A DNA stretch of 64,000 bases from an uncultured delta proteobacterium (lineage in GTDB: Bacteria; Desulfobacterota; Binatia; UBA9968): positions 128,001 to 192,000 of the forward strand of contig CAVUZH010000014.1 of NCBI GenBank assembly GCA_963745835.1. The letters are read 5' to 3'. Shown here in pieces: positions 20,229-31,702 of this stretch. Below the pieces are notes generated by a model that made no database searches, was not told the DNA's origin, and worked only from the letters and a program-made list of their open reading frames with translations. Within the stretch, counting starts at the first letter, position 1. Every line of letters starts with the position of its first letter. The translations under genes were made by a program, and so were the position numbers.

Positions 20229-21520
20229 ATACAGCGTCTCGTGAATTTCAGATCATGGTCAAGACTGTCGGTGCCATCTGCAATCTAGATTGCCATTACT
20301 GCTATTACTTGAAAAAAGAGGAGCTTTATCCCAAGGGCTCCAACTTCCGCCTTAGTGATGAAACTCTCGAGCGCTACATCATCCAGCATATTGAGGCGAC
20401 ACCCAAAGAGATCGTCAGCTTCTCGTGGCATGGCGGCGAACCAACCCTGCTGGGCGTCGATTTTTTCCGCAAGGCCGTGGAGTTGCAAAAAAAGCACTTG
20501 CCGGCGGACAAGAAAATCATCAATGGCATTCAGACCAATGGCACGACCCTGGATGAGGAATGGTGCGAATTTTTTGCCAAAGAAACATTCTACGTTGGGC
20601 TAAGCCTGGACGGGCCGCAGGATCTGCACGACCATTACCGTGTCACCAAGGGACAGAAGCCCACCCACAAGCAAGTTGTCCACGCTTTCCACATGCTGCG
20701 CCGGCACAAAGTTCATGTCGATTTGCTGTGCGTCGTTCACGACATCAACGTGAAACATCCGATTGCCGTGTACCGCTATCTCAAAGAAATCGGCGGGCAG
20801 TACCTACAATTTCTGCCGCTGGTAGAAAAACCCGAGAAACCCGGCGATCCTGCCGGCTCGCGTTCGGTACCGGCGGCCGGTTATGGCGAATTTCTCTCGG
20901 CGATCTTCGATGAATGGGTGCGCCACGATATCGGCAAAGTTTTTATTCAGCTATTCGATGAGTCGGTGCGGCCCTTTCTCGGCATGGAGCACGCGCTCTG
21001 CATTTACCGTGAGACTTGCGGCGACGTGCCAGTCATCGAGCACAACGGCGATTTTTACTCTTGCGATCACTACGTTGAGCCAGAATACAAAATAGGCAAC
21101 ATCTATGAAAAGACTCTCGCATCGATGATCGATCATCCCGCGCAGCACGAATTCGGCAGGAAGAAATGGACGAGCCTGCCCCGGTACTGCATGGAATGCG
21201 AGGTTCGCAGCATGTGCAACGGCGGCTGCCCCAAGGACCGCTTCATTAAAACACCGGATGGCGAAGAGGGGTTGAATTATCTTTGTGCCGGACTGAAGAG
21301 CTTCTTCGTTCACAGCAAGCCCTATTTGAAAAAATTCGCGGAACTTGTCGATGCCGGCGAGGCGGGCGAAAAACTCATGCAAATCGTCCGCGCCGGTGAC
21401 GCTAAAAAGATCGTCCCTCAAGCCGGCCGCAATGATCCCTGCCCCTGCGGCAGCGGAAAAAAATACAAACGATGCTGTGGCGCCGGCAAATCCAGATCGC
21501 AGGCCTCGGTAACGCTGTAG
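20225..21520 (+). CDS. Anaerobic sulfatase maturase (radical SAM/SPASM) with C-terminal SEC-C motif
   Basis: [26 protein letters not shown]...ETCG, YSCDHYV, CxxCxxxxxCNGGCPK, [18 protein letters not shown]; GGAGG RBS. Confidence 0.93.
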   Translation: MNTASREFQIMVKTVGAICNLDCHYCYYLKKEELYPKGSNFRLSDETLERYIIQHIEATPKEIVSFSWHGGEPTLLGVDFFRKAVELQKKHLPADKKIINGIQTNGTTLDEEWCEFFAKETFYVGLSLDGPQDLHDHYRVTKGQKPTHKQVVHAFHMLRRHKVHVDLLCVVHDINVKHPIAVYRYLKEIGGQYLQFLPLVEKPEKPGDPAGSRSVPAAGYGEFLSAIFDEWVRHDIGKVFIQLFDESVRPFLGMEHALCIYRETCGDVPVIEHNGDFYSCDHYVEPEYKIGNIYEKTLASMIDHPAQHEFGRKKWTSLPRYCMECEVRSMCNGGCPKDRFIKTPDGEEGLNYLCAGLKSFFVHSKPYLKKFAELVDAGEAGEKLMQIVRAGDAKKIVPQAGRNDPCPCGSGKKYKRCCGAGKSRSQASVTL

Positions 21521-21612
21521 GACAGCCTACGCTACGGCCCGCTAATCTCCGATAACACTCACCGGCCGGACGAGGATTACGCTCTTAAAATCAAGATCGA
21601 AGGAGTCTGCGC

Positions 21613-22503
21613 ATGAGCCTATACGACGAGATGATCGAAGGAGGCATCGACGTTCATTGCCACATCGACTTTGAATTTTCGGCCAAAGAAAGAAAGCGTG
21701 AGCCGGAATTTCTCTGGTTGCCCAAAGCCGAGGCCATGGGAATGCGCGGTGTGGTTCTCAAGTCGCATTGGTGGCCGACAATCAATGTCGTCCCTTACAT
21801 TCTTTCGTCGGTCGAGACGCGGGTCCGTTTGTGGTCCAGCGTCGCGCTCAACAGCACAGCCGGTGGTCCCAACCCATGCATCATCGAATCTTGCGCTCAG
21901 CTTGGCGGCAAAATGGTTTTTCTTCCGACTTGGAGCGCGCGCAACGATGTGGAACGCAAAGGCTTTAGCAACCGCCTCAAATCCTATTATAAGAGTCATG
22001 CGCAGCTCGATAATCCCAACTATTACTTCCTGGATGACAAAGGAAAGCTGATTCCGCTGGGCTACGAAATTATCGAGTGCTGTAAGGCGCACGACCTAAC
22101 TCTTGGCATGGGCCATGTCTCCTGGCAGGAATCCCTCGCTTTTATCGAAGCGGCGCGGGACATGGGTTATAGCCATCGGATCATCGTCAACCACGTGCAA
22201 AGCCATATCATCGCGATGCCGCTGGATGCCATGCAGCGCGCTGCCGGGATGGGAGCGTTCCTTGAGACCTGCTGGAATGCGCTTGCTCCCGGGCGGATGG
22301 ATTCACCCGAGCTCGTGCAACAGTTCCGCCAGATCGGGTTGCAGCAAATTATTGCGAGCACCGATTACTTTCGCCCGTACAGTCCGAATCCCGCCGAGCT
22401 CTTCCGGATGTTTCTTGGCATGCTGCACGAAGGCGGTCTCAGCAAAGATGAAGTAAAGCAGATCGCGTGTACCAATCCGGCAAGGTTGATGGGCTTAGAA
22501 TAG
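21613..22503 (+). CDS. DUF6282-like metal-dependent TIM-barrel (amidohydrolase-related) protein
   Basis: IDVHCH, VVLKSH, FLPT, GH.S, NH, STD, NPARL. Confidence 0.75.
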   Translation: MSLYDEMIEGGIDVHCHIDFEFSAKERKREPEFLWLPKAEAMGMRGVVLKSHWWPTINVVPYILSSVETRVRLWSSVALNSTAGGPNPCIIESCAQLGGKMVFLPTWSARNDVERKGFSNRLKSYYKSHAQLDNPNYYFLDDKGKLIPLGYEIIECCKAHDLTLGMGHVSWQESLAFIEAARDMGYSHRIIVNHVQSHIIAMPLDAMQRAAGMGAFLETCWNALAPGRMDSPELVQQFRQIGLQQIIASTDYFRPYSPNPAELFRMFLGMLHEGGLSKDEVKQIACTNPARLMGLE

Positions 22504-22614
22504 AAACTCAATTACAAGCACGCTGCCCGAGGAATGACACCGACCGAAAGCTCATGGGCGCATTCATCGCTATGTCGCACCAGACTTGCGAGCTCGTTTC
22601 GGCAGACAGTTTCC

Positions 22615-22980
22615 TCAGTCTGGTTGTTTTCGTGCAAGCAACGCCTTTTCCTCATCCGGCACAACATCGGTAACCAGATCGCGAATCAGCCGGCGCTTTG
22701 GCAGTGGCTCGACGGTCACAATGCCTGGCAGCAGTTTGGCGATGCAGGTATATTCTACTTGACCATCGACTAGCGCCATGCAGGTTTTACAGGCGTTGGC
22801 GTTGATGCAGCTGTAACGAATTGCCAGTGTGCTGTCCCGGTGGATCCGGATCCAGCGTAGCGCATCGAGCACCGACATGCCGTTTTCGAAGGGAACTTCG
22901 AACTCGTCGAAGCGGGGAGCATCGCCGGGGCCACCGCGGCGGACACGCAAAACCGTTTTGTCAATCGCGACTTCAACCAT
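22615..22980 (-). CDS. Stand-alone 2Fe-2S ferredoxin domain (SdhB/FrdB N-terminal type)
   Basis: SVLDAL..I....D.TLAIRYSC.....CKTC...V.G....TC, EPL....IRDLV; overlaps the flavoprotein stop. Confidence 0.85.
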   Translation of the reverse strand: MVEVAIDKTVLRVRRGGPGDAPRFDEFEVPFENGMSVLDALRWIRIHRDSTLAIRYSCINANACKTCMALVDGQVEYTCIAKLLPGIVTVEPLPKRRLIRDLVTDVVPDEEKALLARKQPD

Positions 22981-24679
22981 TTCTGGGTAGCCCCGCAGTG
23001 AGCCGGACCGGAGTGACCCAGCTGGATATCAGAGCGCCGTTCTTCAGTCGCAAGACTTGATTCCGAAGATACAGCGGGTCGGGGTTCGGATAGTCTTCTC
23101 TCTGATGCGCGCCACGGCTTTCGGTTCGCGACAGCGCCGATGTTAGCACCGCTTCAGCGGTCGTCAGCATGGCACGCAATTCGAACCAATCCTGGATGTC
23201 CATATTGAACGCGCCCTGACCGGCGATCTCGAGGTCAGGCAGCTCTTGCTCGCGCATCTCGCGGATCCGATCCAAGGCCTGGGAGAGCTTTTCGCCGGTC
23301 CGAAACGGTCCGGCCTTCTCCCACATCAGCTTTTGCAGTTCGGCCTGAAGCGCAACTGGCGCGGTTCCTAGTTTAGAGCCACGCGGCGGCATCGACGCGA
23401 TCCGATCGAGAGCAACCGCCGTCAGCTTAGGGTCCCCGTTCTCTTGCATTGTCTTGGCTTGTTTGCCGGCGCATGCGCCGGCGCGCGCGCCGAAAACAAA
23501 CGCTTCCGTGATCGCATTACCGGACAAACGATTAGCGCCGTTGGCGCCGCCAACCGCTTCACCGGCCGCATACAATCCTTGAATGCAGGTTTCCATACGC
23601 GCGTTCACTCGGATACCGCCCATGTGATAGTGCGCCGTTGGACCGACTTCGACCGGCGTCTTGGTGAGGTCGATGCCGTTGGCAAGCAAGCGATCGATCA
23701 CCGGTCCGAAGGCTGCGCGCAACTGCGCTTCGGGAATGTGGCGGAAGTCGAGATAAGCTCCGCCATGCGGCGTTCCCCGGCCGGCTTCGACTTCCTTGAG
23801 AATGGCGTACGCGGCGATATCGCGAGTGGCAGTATATTTGCCAAAATCGACGGCGCCATAGCGATCGACGAATTCAACGAAGCTGCCATTAAGGAGTTTT
23901 CCGCCAAGCTTATAGCGAAAAGGATCCCACATGATCGGATCCATACCCACCAATCTCGGCGCAAGATGACCGATGGGAAAAAACTGCACGAATTCCATGT
24001 CGATCAGCTCAGCGCCGGCCCACAAAGCCAGAGCGTAAGCTTCCCCACCCATGTTCGATGATGCGCTATTACGTTCGTAAAGCTTGGTAAGGCCGCCCGC
24101 GGCAAGAATGATCGCTTTGGCATGGCAGGTGACCAGTTCGCCCGCAGCGAGATTCAATCCGATAGCGCCGATGGCGCGGCCGTCTTTAATGATAAGATCA
24201 ACCACCGCGATGTTGCTGAGGCGCCGAACTGCGGCAAGTTCGCTCACCTTGCGGCGCAGAGTAGCCGCGACGGCGGGACCGGTATTGAGAAAGTCAACGT
24301 AGCAGCAGCGCTTTCGGCTATGGCCCGGCGCTATTTCCTGCCTTATGCGGTCACCGGCACGCGCCCAGCGGGTGCCCCACTCTTCCATCTCAAGAATGCG
24401 CTCCGGCCCGTCATAGCATAACAGCGCGGACAGTTCTTCATTACAGAGCCCGCGACCCGCTTCGAGAGTATCCTTGAGATGGGTTGCGCAGTCATCCGGC
24501 TCTTCCTGCCCAAGCGCTGCGGCGACCGTCATCTGCGCCATGATGGTCGCGCCGCCGCGGCCGATCAAGCTTTTATCCAGGAGCAGCACCGAAGCGCCTT
24601 GCCGCGCGGCTGAAATCGCCCCATACATGCCCGCGCCGCCTGCGCCTACAATCAAGACATCGGTAGAGACTTGCCGCAT
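22973..24679 (-). CDS. Succinate dehydrogenase/fumarate reductase/L-aspartate oxidase family flavoprotein
   Basis: GAGGAG, DMEFVQF, TRD, HYHMGG, GLYAAGE, GANRL.GN, RTESRGAH.REDYP. Confidence 0.88.
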   Translation of the reverse strand: MRQVSTDVLIVGAGGAGMYGAISAARQGASVLLLDKSLIGRGGATIMAQMTVAAALGQEEPDDCATHLKDTLEAGRGLCNEELSALLCYDGPERILEMEEWGTRWARAGDRIRQEIAPGHSRKRCCYVDFLNTGPAVAATLRRKVSELAAVRRLSNIAVVDLIIKDGRAIGAIGLNLAAGELVTCHAKAIILAAGGLTKLYERNSASSNMGGEAYALALWAGAELIDMEFVQFFPIGHLAPRLVGMDPIMWDPFRYKLGGKLLNGSFVEFVDRYGAVDFGKYTATRDIAAYAILKEVEAGRGTPHGGAYLDFRHIPEAQLRAAFGPVIDRLLANGIDLTKTPVEVGPTAHYHMGGIRVNARMETCIQGLYAAGEAVGGANGANRLSGNAITEAFVFGARAGACAGKQAKTMQENGDPKLTAVALDRIASMPPRGSKLGTAPVALQAELQKLMWEKAGPFRTGEKLSQALDRIREMREQELPDLEIAGQGAFNMDIQDWFELRAMLTTAEAVLTSALSRTESRGAHQREDYPNPDPLYLRNQVLRLKNGALISSWVTPVRLTAGLPRNG

Positions 24680-24720
24680 CTATAAACTCCGCTCAAACGA
24701 TTCAAGGGCACCTGCGATGA

Positions 24721-25422
24721 TCAAGGCTCAAGGTTGTCGCTTTTTTGTAGCTCGTTCAGTGCTTGTTTGGCGGCTTCCTGTTCGGACTGCTTTTTTGATC
24801 TGCCTTCGCCGGTACCCAGCACCTTGCCACCGACGGAGATCTCTGTGACAAAACACTTGTCATGATCGGGACCGGTTTCGGAAAGCAAACGATAAACCGG
24901 CGGCGTTCGGAAAAGTAGTTGGCTGATTTCTTGGAGTCTGGTTTTATAATCCTGTTGGCCCAGCGTTCGTTCGATCACATCACCGGCGAAATAGCGTTCG
25001 ATGATGCGCCGAGCCGGATCGTAGCCGCCGTCCCGATAAACTCCGCCCAGTAAGGCTTCGAATGCGCCCGCAAGAATCGATTGCTTTTTTCTCCCGGCAC
25101 TGCGCTCTTCGCCCTTGCCTAAAAACAAAATGGGACCGAGCGCCAGCGCGCTGCCCTTCTCGGCCAAAACAGCAGAGTTGACCAGCCCTGCGCGCATACG
25201 CGACAGGTCGCCCTCGCTCCTCTCGGGAAAACGCCGGATCAACAAATCACTGATCGCCAGATCCAGCACTGCGTCGCCGAGAAATTCCAGGACTTCGTTA
25301 TTGGTTCCGGTTTTTTTTCGATCGTAGGAAACGTGCGTCAGAGCCTTCACCAACAGAGACGGGTCTTTGAAGCTATAACCCAGCTCCTTTTGAAGCGCTT
25401 CTAACTGTGATGAAATCTTCAA
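24721..25422 (-). CDS. rnc: Ribonuclease III
   Basis: ALTH.S, NE.LEFLGDAVL, dsRBD (DYKTRLQE, GPDH, G.GRSKK.SEQ.AA). Confidence 0.96.
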   Translation of the reverse strand: MKISSQLEALQKELGYSFKDPSLLVKALTHVSYDRKKTGTNNEVLEFLGDAVLDLAISDLLIRRFPERSEGDLSRMRAGLVNSAVLAEKGSALALGPILFLGKGEERSAGRKKQSILAGAFEALLGGVYRDGGYDPARRIIERYFAGDVIERTLGQQDYKTRLQEISQLLFRTPPVYRLLSETGPDHDKCFVTEISVGGKVLGTGEGRSKKQSEQEAAKQALNELQKSDNLEP

Positions 25423-25431
25423 ATCCGCTTG

Positions 25432-26766
25432 CTATGCGCCGGCCCTGCTTCGGTCTTTGCGCTCTCCAGTACAAATGGCAGCGCCGGTCAAGCAGCCGCC
25501 AGCGAACCCGTCGATCTGTACATCCACCTCTTCATTCACCCGATAATTTCCACCGCTGACAATGATGGGCAAGTAATTCCGGCTAAAGCCGCGGCGACCG
25601 CCGCTGCCGCGATCGATCTTCTCTTCGATCAGAACCGGCATGCGCCGGCCGCGGAACGTTTGGCAGAATTGCTCTTTTTTCTGGGCTCCGAGTTGTCGCA
25701 TTCTTTGCGCGCGCGCTTTCTTGATCGGAATAGGCACTGGGTCCGGCAAGATCGACGCGGCGGTGCCGCGACGTGCCGAATACGGAAAGACGTGAAAATA
25801 AGTCAGCGGCAGCGATGCGAAGTAAGTCAATGAGCTTTCGAACTGCTCATCGCTCTCACCCGGAAAGCCGACGATGATATCACTGCCTAACGCCGCTTCG
25901 GGCAAGCGCTCGCGGGTTTTACTTAGCAGCTCGCGGTAATAGGCGGTATCATAATTGCGCCTCATCTGTTTGAGAATGGTGTCCTCGCCCGCCTGGGCGC
26001 AGACATGCAGGTGCGGGCAGATAACCTCCGAGCGGGCAATGAGATCGAGCAATCGGTCCGGCACTTCGCGCGGATCGAGAGAGCTGAGGCGAATTCGTCG
26101 AACCAGGCTGCTGTCGCCGAGCATTTCCACAAGCGCGGTGAGATCCATCTTTGGAGTTAAATCTTGGCCATATCCGCCGAGATGAATTCCGGTCAAAACG
26201 ATTTCCGCATAACCCGCATCAGCCAGCAAACGAACTTGATTCAAGACCTCCCGCGGCGCGACACTGCGACTGAGACCGCGAGCCGCCGGGATAATGCAAT
26301 ACGTACAGGTGTAGTTGCAACCTTCTTGAATCTTTAGAAATGCCCGAGTGTGTCCTGGCAAAGCCCGGGTGCCGAGGACCGGCACTCCGCGCTGACGTTG
26401 CACATCGCTGACGTGAATTCGGGGAGAATTTAAATCTGTCGTTTCGACCAGACGGACCAAGTCATCGAGCCGGTTGAGCCCGACGACAAAGTCTACCCCT
26501 GGAACTCGCGCCACCTCCGCCGGACTTACCTGCGCGTAACAACCGGTCAGCAGCACCTTGCTGCTCGGGCTCCGGCGTTTGGCGCGGCGCACCAATTGCC
26601 GGGCTTCCCAATCGGCGCGATCGGTGACCGTGCAGGTATTGATGATATAACAATCCGCTTGCTCGTCGAAAGGCACAAAGGAATGCTTCTCTTCCAAGCG
26701 CGACCGAATCACCGCCGAATCATATTGGTTGATTTTACAACCGAGTGTTGTCACTGCTATCCGCAT
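25432..26766 (-). CDS. mtaB: tRNA t6A37 methylthiotransferase
   Basis: TLGCKINQYDS, NTCTVT, KIQEGCNYTCTYC, IVGFPGE, HVFPYS.R.GT. Confidence 0.93.
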   Translation of the reverse strand: MRIAVTTLGCKINQYDSAVIRSRLEEKHSFVPFDEQADCYIINTCTVTDRADWEARQLVRRAKRRSPSSKVLLTGCYAQVSPAEVARVPGVDFVVGLNRLDDLVRLVETTDLNSPRIHVSDVQRQRGVPVLGTRALPGHTRAFLKIQEGCNYTCTYCIIPAARGLSRSVAPREVLNQVRLLADAGYAEIVLTGIHLGGYGQDLTPKMDLTALVEMLGDSSLVRRIRLSSLDPREVPDRLLDLIARSEVICPHLHVCAQAGEDTILKQMRRNYDTAYYRELLSKTRERLPEAALGSDIIVGFPGESDEQFESSLTYFASLPLTYFHVFPYSARRGTAASILPDPVPIPIKKARAQRMRQLGAQKKEQFCQTFRGRRMPVLIEEKIDRGSGGRRGFSRNYLPIIVSGGNYRVNEEVDVQIDGFAGGCLTGAAICTGERKDRSRAGA

Positions 26767-26805
26767 AGGCTTAGACAATAGGCATGAGGCAGAAGTAATA
26801 GTTGC

Positions 26806-27894
26806 TTATTCCCTAGTGGCTAATGCCTTCGAGCGAATCGCGTGTTCAATCCAGCCGCCGCCAAGGAGCTTTTCTCCGCGGTAAATGACCGCGGCCTGTC
26901 CCGGGGCTACCCCCGGATGTGGTTCATTGAAGCGCACCTGGCACGGCTTGTTTTCGGCTAGACGGATGATAGAGCGAATCGCCGGCGAACGATAACGGAC
27001 TTGCACCTGCGCTTCGAACTCTTGGGCAACGGGCGGCTCGAGCCAATTCATTCCCTCCATTGTCAGACCGCTGCAAGCAAGTTCACTTTTGATGCCCACG
27101 AGCACTCGCTTGGATGGGTGATCAATCTCGAGAACATAAGAAGGTTGCGGCGCCGCAATGCCAAGCCCGCGGCGTTGGCCAATGGTTAGGCGGTGAATGC
27201 CGTTGTGCCTGCCAAGTACTTTCCCGGAATTGTCGACAATATCGCCGCCGCCGAGATCTTTGACATTTGCATGGGATTGGACCAGCGCTTTGTAGTCGCC
27301 GAAACAGATGTCCTGGCTCTCGGGACGATCGGCCACCGATAAACCAAAGCAGCGCGCTTTTTCCCGGACCTGGTTCTTATGCATATGGCCGAGAGGAAAA
27401 ATCGTGTGCGCCAGTTGATCCTGGGAAAGAGCGAACAAGAAATACGACTGGTCTTTTGTCTTATCGACGCCACGCAGTAGTGAGGTTTGCCCGGATGCGT
27501 TGTCGCGCTCGACGCGGGCGTAATGGCCGGTGGCCACGTAGTCCGCCTGTTGCTGCTTGGCCCATTGCAGCAGGCTGCCGAGCTTGAAATCGCGATTGCA
27601 GGCCACGCACGGATTGGGCGTGCGGCCGCGAATATACTCCTGCGTAAACGGTTTAACGACGGTTTCGACGAACTGCGAACGCAAATCCAAAAGCTCGTGA
27701 GGAATGCCAAGGAACTCCGCGACCTCCTTGGCGCCGCGATGGTCGGAACAAACGCGCGGGCCGAGCCGTCCTTCCCACATACGCAGCGACACGCCTTGCA
27801 CGTCGTAGCCTTGCTCCACCAGCAAGCCCGCTGTGACCGAACTGTCGACGCCGCCGCTCATGGCAACGACAATCTTTGGCTTTCTCTTACTCAT
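26806..27894 (-). CDS. mnmA: tRNA-specific 2-thiouridylase
   Basis: AMSGGVDS, TPNPCV.CN, ATGHYA, KDQSYFL, ESQDICF, TIGQRRG, PGQAAV. Confidence 0.96.
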   Translation of the reverse strand: MSKRKPKIVVAMSGGVDSSVTAGLLVEQGYDVQGVSLRMWEGRLGPRVCSDHRGAKEVAEFLGIPHELLDLRSQFVETVVKPFTQEYIRGRTPNPCVACNRDFKLGSLLQWAKQQQADYVATGHYARVERDNASGQTSLLRGVDKTKDQSYFLFALSQDQLAHTIFPLGHMHKNQVREKARCFGLSVADRPESQDICFGDYKALVQSHANVKDLGGGDIVDNSGKVLGRHNGIHRLTIGQRRGLGIAAPQPSYVLEIDHPSKRVLVGIKSELACSGLTMEGMNWLEPPVAQEFEAQVQVRYRSPAIRSIIRLAENKPCQVRFNEPHPGVAPGQAAVIYRGEKLLGGGWIEHAIRSKALATRE

Positions 27895-28032
27895 CAGACT
27901 CTGAGAAGTTTTTTATTTCAGCTCTTGAATAGAACGGAACCCGGAGGCGCAACGAAACAATTTAAAGGCGCATTATTTTCGCCGAGAAAATTGCTCCTTC
28001 TCACCGGATGCCGGCTTGGCAGCTCGCGCTAT

Positions 28033-28764
28033 TCAACTCGAATGTTTCAGCAGCTCTTTAACTTTATCTATGACTTCACTCTGCTCGGCCCGCTGCTCCT
28101 CAAGTCCGCCTTGCCGGTCGGTCAATTCGTCTAGCCGTTTTTCCAGCTTCTGAATGTAATCGGCGAGCGCTCCAATAGCTTTGGCGATGGGATCAGGTAA
28201 ACGCGCGTGATCCAGATCGATGATATGAGCATGAGCGTCTCGGCGGGCGGCTTCGCCTTCGACTACCCGTCCTGGAATTCCCACCACTGTCGAATGCGGC
28301 GGCACACTGGAAACCACAACCGATCCTGAACCTATTCTACTGTTATGACCGATAGTCACCGGCCCGAGCACGGTAGCGCCGGCGCCTATGACGACCCAAT
28401 CTTCCACCGTCGGGTGGCGCTTTTCTTTTCTCAAACTGGTGCCGCCGAGAGTAACTCCTTGGTAAATAGTCACATCATCTTTGATCTCGGTGGTCTCGCC
28501 GATCACTACCCCCATGCCGTGATCGATGAAGAAGCGCCGGCCGATCAGGGCTCCCGGATGGATTTCAATGCCAGTGAAGAAGCGGCCGAGATTGCTGGCG
28601 AATCGAGCTAGGCCTTTGAAGCCGTTGATCCACGTCGCATGGGCGACCCGATAGAAGAATAGCGCGTGAAATCCAGGATAGGTAAAAACGATCTCCCAGA
28701 CATTACGGGCTGCCGGATCGCGATCGAAAACGACCCGGATGTCTTCTTTGAGCACATCAAACAT
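28033..28764 (-). CDS. cysE: Serine O-acetyltransferase
   Basis: [39 protein letters not shown]; start at ATG 28764 or TTG 28785. Confidence 0.95.
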   Translation of the reverse strand: MFDVLKEDIRVVFDRDPAARNVWEIVFTYPGFHALFFYRVAHATWINGFKGLARFASNLGRFFTGIEIHPGALIGRRFFIDHGMGVVIGETTEIKDDVTIYQGVTLGGTSLRKEKRHPTVEDWVVIGAGATVLGPVTIGHNSRIGSGSVVVSSVPPHSTVVGIPGRVVEGEAARRDAHAHIIDLDHARLPDPIAKAIGALADYIQKLEKRLDELTDRQGGLEEQRAEQSEVIDKVKELLKHSS

Positions 28765-28815
28765 AAGATTAGCCGGCGTCGCCAAGTGACCACGTTAACG
28801 TCACCACGACCCCGT

Positions 28816-30396
28816 TTAGTTGGCCCGACGCCGGGCGTCCTTATAGAGTTTGTAATCGATGCTGTCGACCAGAGCCTGCCAACTCGCCTCAATTACGTTG
28901 TGCGAAACGCCGACAGTACCCCAACGGGCTTTGCCATCGCCGGACTCGATCAGGACTCGCACCGAAGCCGCGGTTCCTTCTCCCGAGGATAGCACCCGGA
29001 CTTTATAATCCAACAACTCAACATCCTTGAGACCAGGGTAAAATTTTGTCAATGCCCGGCGCAGTGCCTGGTCGAGAGCGTTAACCGGGCCATTGCCCAT
29101 CGCCGCCGCGTGCTCCATCACGCCGTCCACTTCTACCATGATGGTCGCCTCCGAGCGTGGCGCCTCGCCTTCCTGTCTTTTTTCGTCGATGACGCGAAAA
29201 CCCACCAGTTTGAAGTTTTTCTTTTTTCTACCCAACGCTTGCTGGATCAGCAGCTCGAATGAGGCTTCCGCCGCCTCGAATTCGTATCCTTGGCTTTCCA
29301 GTTCCTTGGTCCGCCGCAGAATTTCTTGCACCGCTTTATCTTGACCCTCGAGATCGATGCCGTACTCTTTGCCTTTGTAGACAACGTTGCTCCGCCCCGC
29401 GAGATCCGAAACCAGCACCCTCTGCCGATTACCGACGAAATCCGGATCGATATGCTCGTAGGTCTCGCGGTTCTTCAATACGCCGGATACATGGAGACCG
29501 CCTTTATGCGCAAAGGCGCTGTCGCCAACGTAAGGCTGCCGTTTATTCGGTTGAATGTTCGCGAGTTCATAAAAGAAATGCGATACCTCGCGCAGCTTTC
29601 TCAGCTGGTTCGGTTTGATGCAGTTCTTGCCCATCTTCAACTGCAGATTGGGAATCAATGAGATGAGATTGAGATTGCCGCAGCGTTCACCAAAGCCGTT
29701 GATCGTTCCTTGCACCTGGCGCACGCCCATTTCAACTGCCGCCATGGTGTTGGCGACCGCGAGCTCGCCGTCATTGTGGCAGTGAATCCCGAGCGGCGTC
29801 GTCACGGACTCAGTCACCTTGGCAATGGCTTCACGAATTTCGGCGGGCAAGCGGCCGCCGTTGGTATCACATAGAACGATCCAATCGGCGCCGCCTTGTT
29901 GCGCCGCCTGCAAGCACTCCACCGCATATTCCGGATTGGAGCGAAATCCGTCAAAAAAATGTTCGGCGTCGAAAATCACCTGATCGACGCGGCGTTTCAC
30001 GTAAGCGATCGAGTCGGCGATAACTTCCAGATTCGCCTTCTTACTGATCCTTAGATCATCGCGCACATGCAGATCCCAAGTTTTGCCGACCAAGGTGACC
30101 ACCGGTGCATCGGCGCTCAGGAGAATTTTGAGGCTCAGATCCTGCGCTGCCTTTGCGCTGGGTTTGCGGGTGGTGCCGAAGGAGGCAACTTTGGCGTTCT
30201 TGAGATTGAGCTTCTTTATCTCTTTGAAAAAGTCCGCATCCCGGCTATTCGATCCGGGATAGCCGCCCTCAATGTAGTCTACTCCCAACTCCTCGAGCTT
30301 CTCCGCGATGCGCAGCTTGTCCTCCAAGGTAAATGAGATATCCTCCGCTTGACACCCATCCCGCAGTGTCGTGTCGTAGATCAAAACATCTTTCAT
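28816..30396 (-). CDS. cimA: Citramalate synthase
   Basis: [54 protein letters not shown]. Confidence 0.92.
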   Translation of the reverse strand: MKDVLIYDTTLRDGCQAEDISFTLEDKLRIAEKLEELGVDYIEGGYPGSNSRDADFFKEIKKLNLKNAKVASFGTTRKPSAKAAQDLSLKILLSADAPVVTLVGKTWDLHVRDDLRISKKANLEVIADSIAYVKRRVDQVIFDAEHFFDGFRSNPEYAVECLQAAQQGGADWIVLCDTNGGRLPAEIREAIAKVTESVTTPLGIHCHNDGELAVANTMAAVEMGVRQVQGTINGFGERCGNLNLISLIPNLQLKMGKNCIKPNQLRKLREVSHFFYELANIQPNKRQPYVGDSAFAHKGGLHVSGVLKNRETYEHIDPDFVGNRQRVLVSDLAGRSNVVYKGKEYGIDLEGQDKAVQEILRRTKELESQGYEFEAAEASFELLIQQALGRKKKNFKLVGFRVIDEKRQEGEAPRSEATIMVEVDGVMEHAAAMGNGPVNALDQALRRALTKFYPGLKDVELLDYKVRVLSSGEGTAASVRVLIESGDGKARWGTVGVSHNVIEASWQALVDSIDYKLYKDARRRAN

Positions 30397-31616
30397 ACAT
30401 TCCCCTGTTTGCCGATAAATGCCTCGTGCAACACCCGCACCGCCAGCTCTGTGTACTTGGCGTCGATGACGACCGAGATCTTAATTTCCGAAGTGGAAAT
30501 CATCTCGATGTTGACTCCCTCCTCGGCCAGAACCCGGAACATCTTTGCCGCCACTCCGGCGTGCGTGCGCATACCCACACCAACGACGGAGACCTTGGCG
30601 ATATCGGTATCAACATCAACCCCTTTCGCCGCTATATCAGGGGCGGTCTTCTCAACGATGGATAGAGCCTTTTTATAATCCGCTTTAGAAACGGTGAAAG
30701 TCAAATCTGTGGTGCCATCGGCGCTGGCATTTTGAATAATCATATCGACGACGATGTGGGCGTCGGCGATGGGGCCGAACACCTGGGCGGCAAGACCGGG
30801 CCGGTCGGGTACACGAAGGATGGTAATTTTCACTTCGTTCTTGTCGTAGCTCACCCCCGAGACCAGCAGATCTTCCATGCTCTCATCCTCCTTGACTACC
30901 CATGTCCCTTCGATATCGCTAAATGTAGAACGGACGTGCACCGGAACAGCGAATCTTTTGGCGAATTCGACCGAACGGATCTCCAGGACTTTGGCGCCGG
31001 TGCTGGCAAGCTCGATCATTTCCTCATAGGAAATTCGCGGCAATTTTTGCGCATCGGCACAGATTCCCGGATCGGTGGTAAAAACCCCGTCGACATCTGT
31101 ATAGATTTCGCATGCGCTGGCATTGAGAAACGCCGCCAGCGCCACCGCAGTGGTGTCCGATCCGCCGCGTCCCAGGGTGGTGATATTGTCGTCCTCGTCG
31201 ATTCCCTGGAATCCAGCCACGACCACGACTTCGCCCTCTCTCAACGATTGCAAGATTCTCCTGGAATCAATGTTGCGGATGCGCGCCTTGCCGTATGCGT
31301 TATCAGTTTCTATTCTCACCTGATGACCAAGAAACGAGCGCGACGGCTGCCCGCGCTCTTTCAACGCGAGGCTTAGCAAGGCAATCGACACCTGCTCGCC
31401 CGAGGCCAGCAAAACATCTTTTTCACGCTCATCGGGCATCTCTGAAATCTCATGCGCCAGCCCTAAAAGCCGGTTGGTTTCTCCGGCCATGGCCGAGACC
31501 ACCACGATCACATCATGACCGGCGCGCTTTGCGGCCCAGACTTTCTCGGCTACATGCTTGATGCGCTCTATCGTTGCGACCGAAGAACCGCCGTATTTCT
31601 GAACCAACAATGACAT
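30393..31616 (-). CDS. lysC: Aspartate kinase
   Basis: [33 protein letters not shown], two ACT domains, STSEIK. Confidence 0.96.
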   Translation of the reverse strand: MSLLVQKYGGSSVATIERIKHVAEKVWAAKRAGHDVIVVVSAMAGETNRLLGLAHEISEMPDEREKDVLLASGEQVSIALLSLALKERGQPSRSFLGHQVRIETDNAYGKARIRNIDSRRILQSLREGEVVVVAGFQGIDEDDNITTLGRGGSDTTAVALAAFLNASACEIYTDVDGVFTTDPGICADAQKLPRISYEEMIELASTGAKVLEIRSVEFAKRFAVPVHVRSTFSDIEGTWVVKEDESMEDLLVSGVSYDKNEVKITILRVPDRPGLAAQVFGPIADAHIVVDMIIQNASADGTTDLTFTVSKADYKKALSIVEKTAPDIAAKGVDVDTDIAKVSVVGVGMRTHAGVAAKMFRVLAEEGVNIEMISTSEIKISVVIDAKYTELAVRVLHEAFIGKQGNV

Positions 31617-31702
31617 ATTCAATGCGCCGTCAAGCCTTTCAAACGTTTAGTTCCACGACCGGTAATCCGAGTAGTTAACGGGCTAAACCTTAATCTTTCG
31701 AT

